The translations under genes and the position numbers were made by a program. From the NCBI GenBank assembly GCA_002633005.1, contig NMRA01000908.1, positions 20,839 to 84,838 of the forward strand: 64,000 bases of DNA. Direction: 5' to 3'. The DNA is from Phoronis australis (lineage: Eukaryota; Animalia; Phoronida). Below the pieces are notes generated by a model. It was not told the DNA's origin and ran no database searches. It worked only from the letters and a program-made list of their open reading frames with translations. Shown in pieces: positions 37,950 through 51,063 of the stretch (positions are counted from its first letter, which is position 1; each line of letters begins with the position of its first letter).

Positions 37950-38500
37950 GGTGTGAAGGTGGCCAGGAAATTAAGTCGGCCGGTTCCCGCGCATCAGCTA
38001 TCTGAAATTTTGTGGTGTGGGGGAGGTTAATATGATCCAGATTTTCCTGAATTTCACCAACCCATATCAAAATGCAACGAAGCATCAATTTCTCAAAATT
38101 GGTAGGACTCAAATGATACGCGACTTTCAACATGCATAAAAGTTCAATAATTCCTATAATGAATAAGAAATGTTTTGCCTAATGTCGTAGGCGAATAAAC
38201 ATTTAAATCATGAAGCAATGAACCTTTGATGAGTTGAGACATCTCATACAAGGCATCCCATTGCAAAACTAATCATATTTCAAGTTTTCCTTTTAAATAT
38301 ATTTTTCAATAAAGAATTATTCAACGATCTCAGAAGGCATGACCACAATGCATGACCGACGACATTCAATGAAAAGCATAAGAGTAGAGTTTTCCAACCG
38401 GGAGCTTGAGACATCCAAAAATTCAAGTGTGTTAACAACGTAAATTCTGGAGTTTCCAGAGTTAGCCTGTAACGAATTTAGAGTTAAAACTAAACATTTT
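37950..38500 (-). pseudogene. Possible decayed Mab-21/cGAS-like receptor (cGLR) C-terminal fragment
   Basis: With stops and frameshifts: FWMSQAPGW..SCIVVMP..KLE/MISFAM..LV*DVSTHQR..FKCLF..ISYSL*ELLNFYAC*K..RCILIWVGEIQENLDHINLPH. This follows the Mab-21 motif order GWP, GCHxVP, WRISFS, SYxLKT, LPHYF. Confidence 0.5.
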
Positions 38501-38884
38501 AAAATCCCAGAAATCATTATTTACACGTACGACGGTCAGTACTTTGCGAACCTTGAAATCCGAATCTCACGGTGTGTTCGGCGCAATTTCCTATGACGAT
38601 AATATCGATGATTGTGCTATAATGACACAACTGGGAATAATGTCTTTTTGTGCATGATTAAAATTGTGGTACTTTGCATGAAAAGTCATAATTTACTTGA
38701 AAATATTGCCTTACTCGAGCGTAAATAGTTTGTCTTAATTAAATCTTGATTTTTATCGGAATCCACTTGATCTAAGTTATGTTACAAGCTACGCAGCAGA
38801 CTAAAACAAATGGCGAATTTTAAAAATAGTTATAGGTTATACGTGCTTGTACCAGTGGTTATTAAATCGAGAGTTGTACCAGTG

Positions 38885-39780
38885 GTTATTATATCGAGAG
38901 TCGTGATATGCAAAGGTATTTGAACGAGGGCGAAGCCCAAGTTCAAATATTTTTGTATATCACGCTCCACTGAGAATTCTTTAAAGACGCGGGTTTATAC
39001 AGATTGCTCCGCTTGTCTTGGTCAAATTCAATAAGAAGACGTCCTAGCGAAAAATAGAAAATACCATATGAAAGCCCGTTCCAAACTCTATCTAGATTAA
39101 TAGTTTCGCAACATTCCATATTTTTTTCGAAAAAATTGAACTTTTGTGTTTTTTTGAAATTCAAAGAGCAATAACTCGAAAACGGTAAGTCTGAGAAAAC
39201 CGTTATAGCAGAACTTTTGAAAGAACATACTTCAAGGAATCCACATGCAAAAATTCACGTCATTTGCTCTTCCCATTAAAAATGCGACACCAGAACGATT
39301 GAAAATGGGTGAAAATGATTTCCGTTTAAACAAAATTTTATAAAAGCCGATCAATATCAAGAAACACGTGACCAGTTTGAAAATGATTGGTTCGCCGATG
39401 AGCCCTCTACAGGAGAAAACGTTTTTGGCCAGATATCGAGGTGCGTATGCGCCACTTCAAATAGTCCCGCCATATTTGACCGGAAGTCAACGTTTTTCAA
39501 TACATTTGTAGCACACGTACTTTACAATAATCGTACCAGGTTTCAGCCCTGTAGCCTATGAGCATTTGACTCTGAAATCGGAAACAAAATGGCCGCCACG
39601 TCCGCCATTTTGTATCCGATCATGACCAAAAACAATAGGCTTACAAGACTTTCCGATCTACACGTTGTGTGCAAATTTCATGAGAATCGGACGTAAATTG
39701 CTAACCTGTAGAGTGCGAACAAAAAAAAAACTTGACGACAGAGCAACATAGTTGGCGAAATTTATTTCGCCAAATAATAA
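38885..39780 (+). mobile_element. Helentron/HINE-like non-autonomous element with 5' long hairpin and 3' hairpin
   Basis: 30-bp stem hairpin at 38902-38964; internal aaaatggccgcc..gccatttt motif; 3' hairpin ttggcgaaa-ttta-tttcgccaa followed by ataataa. Interrupts homology with the paralogous upstream region. Confidence 0.55.
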
Positions 39781-39899
39781 ATAAATCACGTCTCGAGTGC
39801 AAGACGTACACTTGGCCTGCGTTCTTTGCAATCAAGAAACTCGCAAAACAGAATGCAAACGCAACACTTACAGTGTTATAACAATCACAAGCGAACCTC

Positions 39900-40143
39900 G
39901 TGATCACACTAGCTTTACTCGTGGAATTCGTGCGTCAGCGGAACGCAGCCTTGTCTAGGGGAAGCTATCAAACGAATGAAACCTTGACCAATGAGGTAAC
40001 GAGTACGGTCGGTGTATTAATATGAAATTAGTGCGTGACGTAAAGGAAAATGTGATCCCATACATACACATGTTAATAAGTTCATTTGCCAGAATTTACT
40101 TTGCCTGTGTCATGCTACCTGGACGTGCAGAGTAAAGTAGCAG
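39900..40143 (+). promoter_or_regulatory. Putative promoter and non-coding first exon of receptor B
   Basis: ttgaCCAATgagg at about 39984-39996, CRE-like tgacgtaa at about 40036, Inr-like tcattt at 40082 and donor cag|gtgagt at 40144. Mirror of 22727-22960. Confidence 0.62.
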
Positions 40144-40977
40144 GTGAGTTTTTCAAATTTATGGTGACGTACATATATATGCAAAACATCAAATAAGACC
40201 TTCTGTCGGTACATTTCGCTGTCAATGCAGCTTCTACGGTGTTTTCCCGTGCTTTTCGAATTGAATGATGCCCTGCTTTAATAATTTTTCTTCACACGAA
40301 TAATCATCAACGCCCCCCTCCCCCCCGGAGTATACACATATGGTTCCAAGTCCCCCTGCCTGTCTACAGAAGAGTACATTCGTATGGTGATTGTCAAGGA
40401 CAAATGTCATGCAAATTTTCCTCAGACGCTACATTGGATATTTCTGTCGCCATTACAAGCCTTTTGGACAAGCACGGAATGGATTGCCATTAGACACCAT
40501 AATAAATGTTCGGTAAATATAAGATAAAAATAGACAAACACGTGTTATATTTTAATGGACGTAGAAAAAATCATTTTAAATTCAGTTTTGAGAGCAAATG
40601 TTATGTTATGTTTTACTCAATTAATTTTTATTTCTCTTTTTCGGGCCCATAGAGGTGCTTCTCGGTACTCATGTTTTCTTCTCATCCACAGTTGCCGCGT
40701 TAATGATTCCCAGTCTCAATGTTCACAGGTAAGCTACTGTTGTTTTCTTACTTGATAAAATACCTTATTTGTATAATTTTTTGTATAATATGCAACCCTG
40801 ATCTTTATCGGCAAGATATTTTACGGAGGTATCACACATTTATATTGAAAATTGATTTCGTTATTTATTTCAGCATTTGTATTATACTAATGTTGTACAC
40901 ATCACCGAAATTCTTGTTTCATTTGTATATTTGTATTTAAATGTATACTCAAGTATAAGTACTAAGTTCCATATTTT

Positions 40978-41090
40978 GTGACACACACACACACACACAC
41001 ACACATATTTATATATGTGTGTGTGTGTGTATGTGTGTGTGTGTGTGCGTATGTGCGTGTGTGTGCGTGTGTGTGCGTGTGTGTGCGTGT

Positions 41091-41124
<34 letters not shown>
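40978..41124. repeat. (CA)n followed by (TG)n compound microsatellite
   Basis: About 13 CA units, a short AT spacer, then a long imperfect TG run. Confidence 0.95.
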
Positions 41125-41126
<2 letters not shown>

Positions 41127-43324
41127 TTATATTAATATTTATATATCTGTGTGTTTGTCTGGCTGTGTCTCTGTGTGTCTTTATAATATTTTTGCACCCA
41201 GACATAATGCTTTCTAGGGCTTTCTCGGCTTAACTCCAATTATTGTACATTATATTTCTGTAATAAACATTTAAAAAAATAAGTGCTCTCAATTGATTTG
41301 TAAATGTGTTAGCAGTTTAATTGGCGTCATTGTGAGTTTGATGGCACATTTCTGTTGACTTTAATTTTTAAATGTTTGCATCTGTATTAATCAGCAGGTG
41401 ACGTTCATACATTAAAATTTTGCATTAAATTTTATTGTGAGAAAGAACCTGCGTGATTCTCTGGTTTGATGCAACCTAAGAAATTACACTAATATTTGAA
41501 TTGTCACACCTTATGGAGATCTAATTTCCATTGTTTTAAACATGTTCTATAGCATTCCATTTTCCAAAATTAGCCAAATTTAAGGCAAAAGCGTGACAGA
41601 TGATTTTGTTCGAGTCACTTTCCTGCTGTCATCGGGTGACCGTCCTTTGCATAGAAGATAGCACCATTTTTAATTCACAAAAAACAGGGGCAGTTCATTC
41701 CATCACTGTAGCACGTAGACATGGCGACCCCTTATGAATAATAAAAAAGGGGAAGGCTATGCCGTCGGCGACCTCTCCTTTCTGAGAGTTATAACTTATA
41801 TAGCATGATATACCATTTTAAAAATTACGTAGAGGCAGCGAGAAGTGACCCCATTGTCCATTATTAGAGAGGGTTTCATATGGATAACCACATCACAGAA
41901 TAAAACGTATTTCTTATTTTAAAAATCTGAATCAATTTTCTCTGGAGAATATTGCCAACGAACTTCCGTAAGAGGCCTACCACACAATCGGTGGAGGAAT
42001 GTTAGCGCGTGACTTTCGTGAACAGAATTCGGCCAAACGCACCTTAGCTTACAGACCGTAATATTGATAAGATCTGCGAACCTTGCTGGTAAACGACACA
42101 ACAACTATTTAGCATTGAAGTATATTGCCAGATTGGTTATTAGCATAAAAATCAGTTGGGAACGGCATTTAAACGAAAAACTCTTTGAAAATTAGTAGTA
42201 TTCTTTTAATGCAGATACCGGAAAGTATGTGACGACATGAATGCCCGTGTGATTAGTCTTAGGCAAGTGGCCTAGGGTGATTAATTCATTTTGGATTACT
42301 TATCATAATTGCAGAGAGAGTTTCAGATCTCGCTCTCATGAGAATCCGTCGTCGAGCCTGAACGTAACAAATTCCTCAGACTGTGTTGAAGTCACTGTGT
42401 ATTCAGCATTTTTAAAAACTGGGAGCCCTGAAACGAAAGCGTCCTACGCAAGGGATCCCAAAGAGAATATCCAGAATTGGTAGCTGACAAAAGTTCGTCA
42501 AAAATTTGCCTCCCTCACACATGCTCCGCGGTGTTTTTGTATACACTGCTCTCCTTGTCCTCGCCCCGCTACGTCGGTCGCTTCAAAGGATTTACCCTTA
42601 CGCCCACAAATTACTGAGGATGTACGTACTCTAGCTTGCTACGTCCCTGTAAAGTGGGAGGTGGAGGTTCGCAGCAGTGAGATAACCAGCGTAATTTGTT
42701 GTCATCTTGTCCGAATTTTACTGGGATTGAGGTTAGTTATGAAATACAGAAAAGCCAGTCTTCTGTATTTCACTGTTGAATAAAAGTCATTGCGCGGACG
42801 TAATAATATATGTTTGCAAGGTAAATAATGATATTGATTCTGCTTAGTTAAAAACAAAATCATATTTATTATCAGTAAGAGTGGTTTGTGTGATTATATA
42901 TATTTTCTAACGTTCCATCTGATTTTCTTCACTCGGGTAAGTGTGGTTTGTCAATAGTCACTGTGGCTTGATTTATAATTGTTTCCCTTCTCCTGTCTAG
43001 CTGCCATTATCATTGAAACTAAGCGAAGAAAGTCACTTCCGATGCTTTCTTCTTCGTGACAGATCGACCGACCCAGAAAGTGATTATTTTCTTTTGGGAT
43101 ATATTATGGGTTAGGCAGATGAACGGCTATCTAGGTACCCGAGCCGCACGCTCCAGATTTTGATTTTAGACTCGGAACCCATAGCTCGGTTTAAAGTCCG
43201 AGTTCGTGTTCAGAGGTTAACTCACTGGCCAATGAGCGGAAAGCTGACGCAGAAACTAAACTATATTATTATGATTTCCAGGTTAAGAACTAAAGCTTTG
43301 TCTAAGGTGTGCTTAAATATCACC

Positions 43325-43379
43325 ATGGGATCTTTGGTGCTTTCGACAGTTGTGTTATTCAGCTCACTTCAAGTTCTTG
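43325..43379 (+). CDS. Receptor B, signal-peptide exon (MGSLVLSTVVLFSSLQVL + phase-1 G)
   Basis: Strong context caccATGG; 55 nt then donor gtaagc at 43380; upstream acceptor atttccag at 43274-43281; splices in frame to 60868. Confidence 0.88.
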
Positions 43380-43663
43380 GTAAGCGTATATGTTAGAACA
43401 AACAGTACAGTAAAACGAAGTACGTAAAATGTCTTGTTAGTTTAAAATTTATCATCGAATCAACAGTAAAGTTCGCTGACTACCTTGCACGTCACGCGTG
43501 GACTCGGAAACGAATATCACATTTGTTATGACGCCTTCAAAGCAGTTAGAGCATTTGTGTTGAATACTATTTCACTCTAAATGTACACCCCAGCAGCCAA
43601 ACACATTGCGTCACTGGGGGGTACATTTGAATATCCGTGCTCCTCCTGTTTCGTGATATTCTT

Positions 43664-46600
43664 TGAACATTGAAGTCACTGTTCAGTCGCACGTTCAACT
43701 CTTTCACGTCGGTTGGAGAAGACTAATGCGCTTTACCCAGCAGATAACATGAGAGATGGTAGGTCGGGTAATCATTGGTGGCATACTTGATTTCTTCCCT
43801 ACCTAACCACTATGTGATTGAACCGCTTGTTCAGCGCAGAGAGTGTGACGTACATGTTGATAAAAGATGCTGGGTGGCGATGTTTTGGTGTTGCCTGGAT
43901 GTGTACTCACGCATTCAGTGTGTCACTTTTCCATGGTTTACTTTTGCGCATTTTCGAGACGGAAAAAGTGGGCAAACACACCCTTGACGTGTGCTCCTCT
44001 ATAAGGCTACAGAAATGTCACAGTTATAGAAATTAATCAAAGCCTTAGACATTTTGGTGTACGAGATAACTACTAATCGTTACAAGTCACACTTATGAAA
44101 ACCTGCGTCTCCTGAAGTGTATTTCGTTGTGCAAGCATCTAAATCAGGCTGTCATTAATTTCCATACTCGATTAATGACGTCATGTTTCGACTTTCACGG
44201 ATCACAAGATTTTTGTTACCCCACCGGACACAAATTCCATTTATCAAGGTTTTCGACTACGTATTCCCCACTCCGGACGCTCCAGTAACGGCGTTCAAGT
44301 TAGCGACCGGAAGGTTTTTTAGTTGGAGCAATTTCAATATTGAATCGATATGGCCATTACAAAATTACTTTGAACTTGAAGCCAATGTTTACGGTCATGG
44401 AGTACGCCAGTGTCACATTCTCACGCAGTCATTTCACAGGCCATGAAAAACTTGAACCCTACATGAATACGTACTTCACAGTGTAAGTTACTAGAAATCA
44501 CCAGCAATTTCCAGTTCGAATTGTCTATAATCACATGTTGTTGAATCGTCCAAATGCGTAAGAATTGAACAAGTGAGGTGTTACCTGACACATGATTGTC
44601 ATTTTCTACATAATATCTTTCAGATGTATAGCGAGAAGTTCCTAATAACGAAATTTATTCAAATGAACCCAATTCATTAAAGGGCCATCAACACAAGCTT
44701 TTACTTTCATTTTCGCCCAAAACGTTACTGTGTGTGTGTGGACTGAAGGTATACCGTGGGAAAAGGTCACGATTGATTACGAAAACTCATCATGCAAATA
44801 TTTTCAGATGCACAGTCATTTCCCGGACCAACATCAACATCCACTGCAGGCAGTCCCTCGACATGTAATAGCTCTAAAGAGCAGGCGTGTGAAGGTATGT
44901 AACTAAACCGTTTTCGAAAACGTCGGTGCTTTACCACCGTACATCTAGTACACATAAATGCTCTTAAAACATTTCGAGAAAATTTTGGGAAAATAACGGT
45001 CTATGTCTTATCACATACTATAGCAAAATCGATGATTCTACTCAAAGTTGTCACCAGGGACGATTAAAATATAAACGTCTCACGTCTTTTCTTAAGAAGC
45101 CTGGAATTGTTAATAACAAGTAGAAATTGTCGATTTTACAAGACGCAAGGGATTTTACTGAAAGCCATTGCTTTCTGAGCTATTTATTTTAAGAAATAAG
45201 CAAAAACCAAGTATTAGTTCAGATTCACAACAAAGGTTACACTCTGACGTTTTTCTGTCTGTAGCATTCGTACCAAAGTGGCCTCTATTTAAGCAGAAAA
45301 TTACATTTTAACTCACCGGGTACGTCACTGTAGTCTGCTATTTTTAGTGCAAGGTCTCGTTCTCGATCGCCTTCCGGGCTTTTTCGATCGCGGGTTGGCC
45401 GGGGTGAAGAACAAAAAGGTTCAAACGTGTACACCATGCATGTCACATGGGCGGCGCACCATAGGCGTGGTTACCAGTAAAGTTAATCTAGCTCAATTTT
45501 TGAGTATCATTCTCTTGGCTCCCATGACCACACCCAACAAAGTGAACCTGCCAGACGGCCATTTCCAAGCACTAGGATACCCACAGAGCACTGTGGCACC
45601 AAAGAAAATTGGTTACCTTTTCATGTCCAAAAAGCTCTGGGATCCTGGTCTATATTCAGTTGCGGCGACTGGTGTGACATTTGGTTTTACTTCCGACAAG
45701 TACGTCGTCCCTTCGCCATGTTTGTTGTGTAGTCAGCTGCACAAAATGTTGAATAGCCGACGAAAAGCCAATAGTAGCCAATTTGCCTCAATTTGGATAA
45801 GCGATTTTGCGCTTCTGAGCATCTACGTTAAAGTTTTAGCGCTCTTGAAACGTTTCACACATGTTAAATGAAACTAACATCAATGGATCCAGAAACAGCC
45901 AGTACCTGAATTCTAACAGTCTGCTCTATGGGACGTACTATAGTTTCAACAAAAGGACGTGAAGGTTTTTATATAAATAATGTTATGTTGAGACGTATAT
46001 GTTTTTTATTTTGCCTTAAGTACTAATTTGTGAAGTGTTACGCTTCTTCATAAAAATCTACATTAAATGCAACAATATCACTTTAAACTCTTCATTCGGT
46101 CGCGCATTACAGGATGTCGAAAAATTCCTCGCCTTGTATCTTGGCAGGTCATCGAAGCCGGCCTCAAATTAGCCCCGGGGTTAAACTTCTATGCAAAATT
46201 AATGCCAGTGTAGCACGAGGGAGATTCCACTGGGCTTCTGGTGCTACCTGCATGTATCTTTTTACCTCGTTTCAATATTTGGATGCTCCATTCATACGTA
46301 TGCAGTCCGGACAAATAATCTAATTTCCAACAAGTTGACCCTGCGGTGTGATTTTTTTTTCTTTTGAAAACGAATTATGTTGTGGGAAGAACAAAATCAA
46401 GAAGAGGATTTTTTATACTTGAAGACGAAGTCATCAACCGTCTCGAAGTTCCCCCAGTTTTCATCTTTGGAACACGATGGCTTGTATGGTCCTGCAATGT
46501 ACCGTTTCTAATGTTTTGATGACGTAGAGTCAATTTCTAATGTTAATTTTTAAAGCATGCACGGTCAGATTCAATATCAAGTGGGAGTTAAACAGCACTA

Positions 46601-48276
46601 AGAAAAATCCATTTCCTTTATAGGACCAGATGTTAATGAGCATCTTATTTCTGTTGTGATCACGTGAGTGGTCGCTAAATATGGGAGTAAGATATACTCC
46701 CAAATTATCGATAATTAAAGTCAATCATTTTGTCTTTGTAAGTAGGAGTATGTTTATACGAGTAGTCCGTACAGGTTTCATACATGTAGATTATGTGTCT
46801 GAAGTTAGCAAATGCTACATGTATGCTAAAGAACACAAGGTTCTGTTGAATTACTTGATAATTGCAATTTATTTAGTGCACCCCGTTCTCACAAAACTCA
46901 CAAATTAATCCCATTATTAAACGTAGCGCATTAAAATTGAACCAAGTACGTAATTAGCTATGCATTCATGTTTTGTTGTGCTGATGCGATATTAAAATTA
47001 ACCTCATTTTATATTCAAATTCATTTGTCGATGAACGAGCTAATTCCCAAAAACAGTATGAGTCCATCAAATAAATGAAACGGTCGCTGTCAAAGTTTCT
47101 AATATTTTGTTAAATGCCAATTTCCTCAGACCTTCATACACTGGATACTCCATTAAAACGCACCTTCCATCCATAATAGGGCCAGTATATTCAAAGAACA
47201 AATACTTTTCTTTAGTAATGCCTCAGTGTTTGCCAGCTTCGATTTTCATTTGATTCTTTGAACACCTAAGGGTGCAAGATCTGAAATGAAACACTTCCAG
47301 CTAGAAACTGACATATTCTTAAAGAACGAGTCACTCTTCGTTGGTGTGCTTATAAAACCCTGAAAACGCATGAGTAAAGAATTTTGGCAATTCATAATCT
47401 CCCATTTTCAGCGTTTTAAGGAAATATCACAAAGTATGTAGTGAAGAAAATGAAAAGCAAACGAGAAGAAGAGCAATATACCTGAAAGGTGTTAGGAAGT
47501 TTTGACCTTTGGTCTCTAGGATCAACTTGAGTTTGACCCCTCGTATATAAAATAAGGTCAAAAATGGACTCTGTTACACAGAAAATGGTATAAACGGTGG
47601 ATCGGATGACTGTAAATAATTAAGTTGAAATTCAAAACGGCGGCAGTTCATTCGTTTGAAAGCACTTTCCACTGTTAACCCCTCCCATTGTTTGATTAGT
47701 GTAAGTCACTAATTTATTTTAGTTTTTTGACACCGAAATCCTCACGCTTTATCAGCTTCGTAAGGGGATAAACTTCTTCGCTGTGGGGAGATGTACAGAA
47801 CATGATGTCTTTGTTCATTCAGTAATATTTCAAAAGATTTGCCTTTTTCGTAAGAAATTAGTACATTCTGCCGCACAACAATGGAAATTTGGCTGGATTA
47901 TAATAGCAGGAAAGGTGTTAAAACGCTGTTCATACCAGTAGATTGAAACCTCCCGCCCGCATTGCTATTTGTAGGTGGTGCTGAACGCCCGTCGTCCAAA
48001 ATCCTGATCGCCATCTGGCGGTTTAGTAAATTTCAATATGGTGCGGCTATTTCAAAAGTGAGCTATTGAAAAAATTACCAAGGCGAACTAATTACAACCA
48101 AGCTAAGGTTGTTGCCATTATGCTTGACATATTTCATCAAACCAGTCTTTTACACGGGGTTCTAAACAATCGCCGGGATCCAAATAATCGCAAAACGGAA
48201 ACAAATCACTGGTGCTCTGGTGGTTCATAACGCCTCCTAATGAATACTGGGGGATATCACACATTCAAACGGGCAA
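43664..48276. repeat. Copy 1 of a 4.6-kb intronic tandem duplication
   Basis: Runs from tgaacattgaagtcac to cacattcaaacgggcaa; N at 48277, after which the same start sequence recurs. Confidence 0.9.
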
Positions 48277-49665
48277 NTGAACATTGAAGTCACTGTTCAG
48301 TCGCACGTTCAACTCTTTCACGTCGGTTGGAGAAGACTAATGCGCTTTACCCATCATTTAACACAAGAGATGGTAGGTCGGGTAATCATTGGTGGCATAC
48401 TTGATTTCTTCCCTACCTAACCACAATGTGATTGAACCGCTTGTTCAGCACAGGGAGTGTGACGTACATGTTGATAAAAGATGCTGGGTGGCGATGTTTT
48501 GGTGTTGCCCGGATGTGTACTCACGCATTCAGTGTGTCACTTTTCCATGGTTTACTTTTGCAGAAGCAACTCAAGTACCGCATATTCGAGATCGAAAAAG
48601 TGGACAAACACACCCTTGACGTGTGCTCCTCACTAAGGCTACTGAAATGTCACATAGAAATTAATCAAAAACCTTAGACATTTTGTGTACCAGATAACTG
48701 CTAATCGTTACCAGTCACACTTATGAAAACGTGCGTCTCCTGAAGTGTATTTCGTTGTGCAAGCATTTGAGTAAGGCTGTCATTACTTTCCATACTCGAT
48801 TAATGAAGTCATGTTTCGACTTTCACGGATCACAAGATTTTTGTTACCCCACCGGACACAAATTCCGTTTATAAAGGTTCTCGACTACGTATTTCCCACT
48901 CCGGACGCTCCAGTAACGGCGTTCAAGTTAGCGACCGGACAGTTGTTTAGTTGGAGCAATTTCAATATTGAATCGATATGTCCATTACAAAATTACTTTG
49001 AACTTGAAGCCAAAGTTAACGGTCATGGAGTACGTCAGTGTCACATTCTCACGAGGTCATTTCACAGGCCATGAAAAACCCTACATGAATACGCACTTCA
49101 CTGTGTAATTATTAAAAATCACCAGCAATTTCCAGTACGAATTGTCTATAATCACATGTTGTTGAATGGTCCGAATGCGTAAGAATTGAACAAGTGAGAT
49201 GTTACTTGACACATGACTGTCATTTTCTAAGTAACATCTTTCAGATGTATAGCGTGAAGTTCCTCATAACGAAATTTATTCAAATAAATTCAATTCATTA
49301 AAGTGCCATCAACACAAGCTTTTACTTTCATTTTCACCCAAAACGTTACTCTGTGTGTGTGGACCGAAGGTATACCGTGGGAAAAGGTCACGATTGATTA
49401 CGAAAGCACATCATGCAAATATTTTCAGATGCACAGTCATTTCCCGGACCAACATCAACATCCACTGCAGGCAGTCCCTCGTCATGTAATAGCTCTAAAG
49501 AGCAGGCGTGTGAAGGTATGTAACTAAACCGTTATCGAAAACGTCGCTGCTTTAACACCGTTCATCTAGTACACATAAATGCTCTTAAAACATTTCGAGG
49601 AAATTTTGGAAAAATAACGGTCTATGTCTTATCATATACTATAGCAAAATCGATGATTCTTCTCT

Positions 49666-50720
49666 TAGACCGGGATCCCAAAGCTTTTTTGGGCATGAAA
49701 AGGTAACTTATTTTCTTTAATGCCACAGTGCTCTATGGGTATCCTGATGCTTGGAAATGGCTCTCTAGTAGGTTTGCTCTGGTGGGTGTGGTCAGGGGAG
49801 CCAACAGAATGACACTCAAAAATTGAACTAGATCAACTTTTCTGGTAACCACTTCAGACTACCTTGGTTACCTACTACGTACTCCACTGTATCAAAATTG
49901 ATCACTGCCAGACAATTTCAGTGGTGGGGAGTATCCGTCAGACGGTTATAAACAAGGTAAAAAATTGAGCTGGATCAATCCAAGAGGTAACCGCATGAAA
50001 CCAGTTGCAAACTATTCAACGTGAGACCAGGTATCACGAATGAACACTGCCAGACAAATCTAGTGGTGGGTTAGCCCCGCCAGACACGCCCAAATACCAG
50101 AGTTGAGGGAGATCAACCTATCAGGTAACAGTTTGAAACCAATTGCACGATGATCAGCATCACTGTACATGGCGCAACAGTTAAATGCCAGACAATTACA
50201 GTGGTGGGGTGCCCTTGCTAAACAATTTTCAAAAAGGGTTAAAAATTGAGCTTGATCAACCCAAGAGGTAACAGCTTAAAACCAGTTCCAAAATATTCCC
50301 CATAAGCACAGGTATCATAAATAAACACTGCCAGACAAATCTAGTGGTGGGTTAGCCCCACCAGACACGCCCAAATACTTGAGTCGAGCTTGAGCAACCC
50401 AATAGGTAACCGTTTGAAACCAATTGCACGATGCTCAGCATCACTGTACATCGCACAACAGTGAGATGCCAGACATTTTCAGCTGTAGGTGTCCCTGCCA
50501 GACGACTAAAGAAAGGGCTAAATGTTTAGTCAAATCCACCCAAGAGGTAACCGCATGAAACCAGGTGCAAAATATTCTACGTAAGTCCATATATCATGAA
50601 TAAACACCGCGAGACAAGTCTAGTTTTGGATTAGCCCCGCCACACAACATCAAATATCTGAGTTCGGCCAGATTTATCCGCCAGGTAACCGTGTGAAATC
50701 ATTTGCATAATGTCGAGCAA
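49666..50720. repeat. Element end (TAGACCGGGATCCC) followed by a satellite of alternating ~142/138-bp monomers (~281-bp dimer, three times)
   Basis: tgccagaca-type anchors at 49906, 50048, 50186, 50329, 50467 and 50608. The first ~190 bp match 45468-45652 and 57255-57437 in reverse complement. Confidence 0.85.
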
Positions 50721-51063
50721 CAAAAGGTACTTAACAGACATTTTTAGTAGTGGGGCAGTACCATGCAGAGGTTTGGTCGATGCAGGGGCGACTTTTTATT
50801 AGACACCCATTAATGCCAGAAGCGGAGATACTGTGACGGATGCTCGCAAAGAACGGGACACAAATTAGGATGTAACGTGGTCCAGAAAAACATTCTCGCA
50901 TTATTTCCAGCCAAAGTTTAAAATCAGTCATGCTTGAATGAGTGATTACACCTCATTGCATACTCAGACGGAAATATGAAGTTTAGTCGGCGAATGACCT
51001 AACAAAATTGTTGATCTGGTTGTATTTTAGCGTGTTACTTAAGTTGCTTACATCGATGGAAAT

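Noticed and set aside
40882-41233. His/Thr- and Val/Cys-rich ORFs
   Set aside because: Translations of the CA/TG microsatellite.
45347-45871. 174-aa ORF
   Set aside because: Spans several repeat fragments, the duplicate at 57181-57662 is frameshifted, and no domain is recognisable.
49900-50720. LRR-like translation (LPD..KKLSWINPRGNRM) or CRISPR-like array
   Set aside because: Frequent stops and inconsistent frame; whole units repeat with no unique spacers; eukaryotic context with no cas genes.
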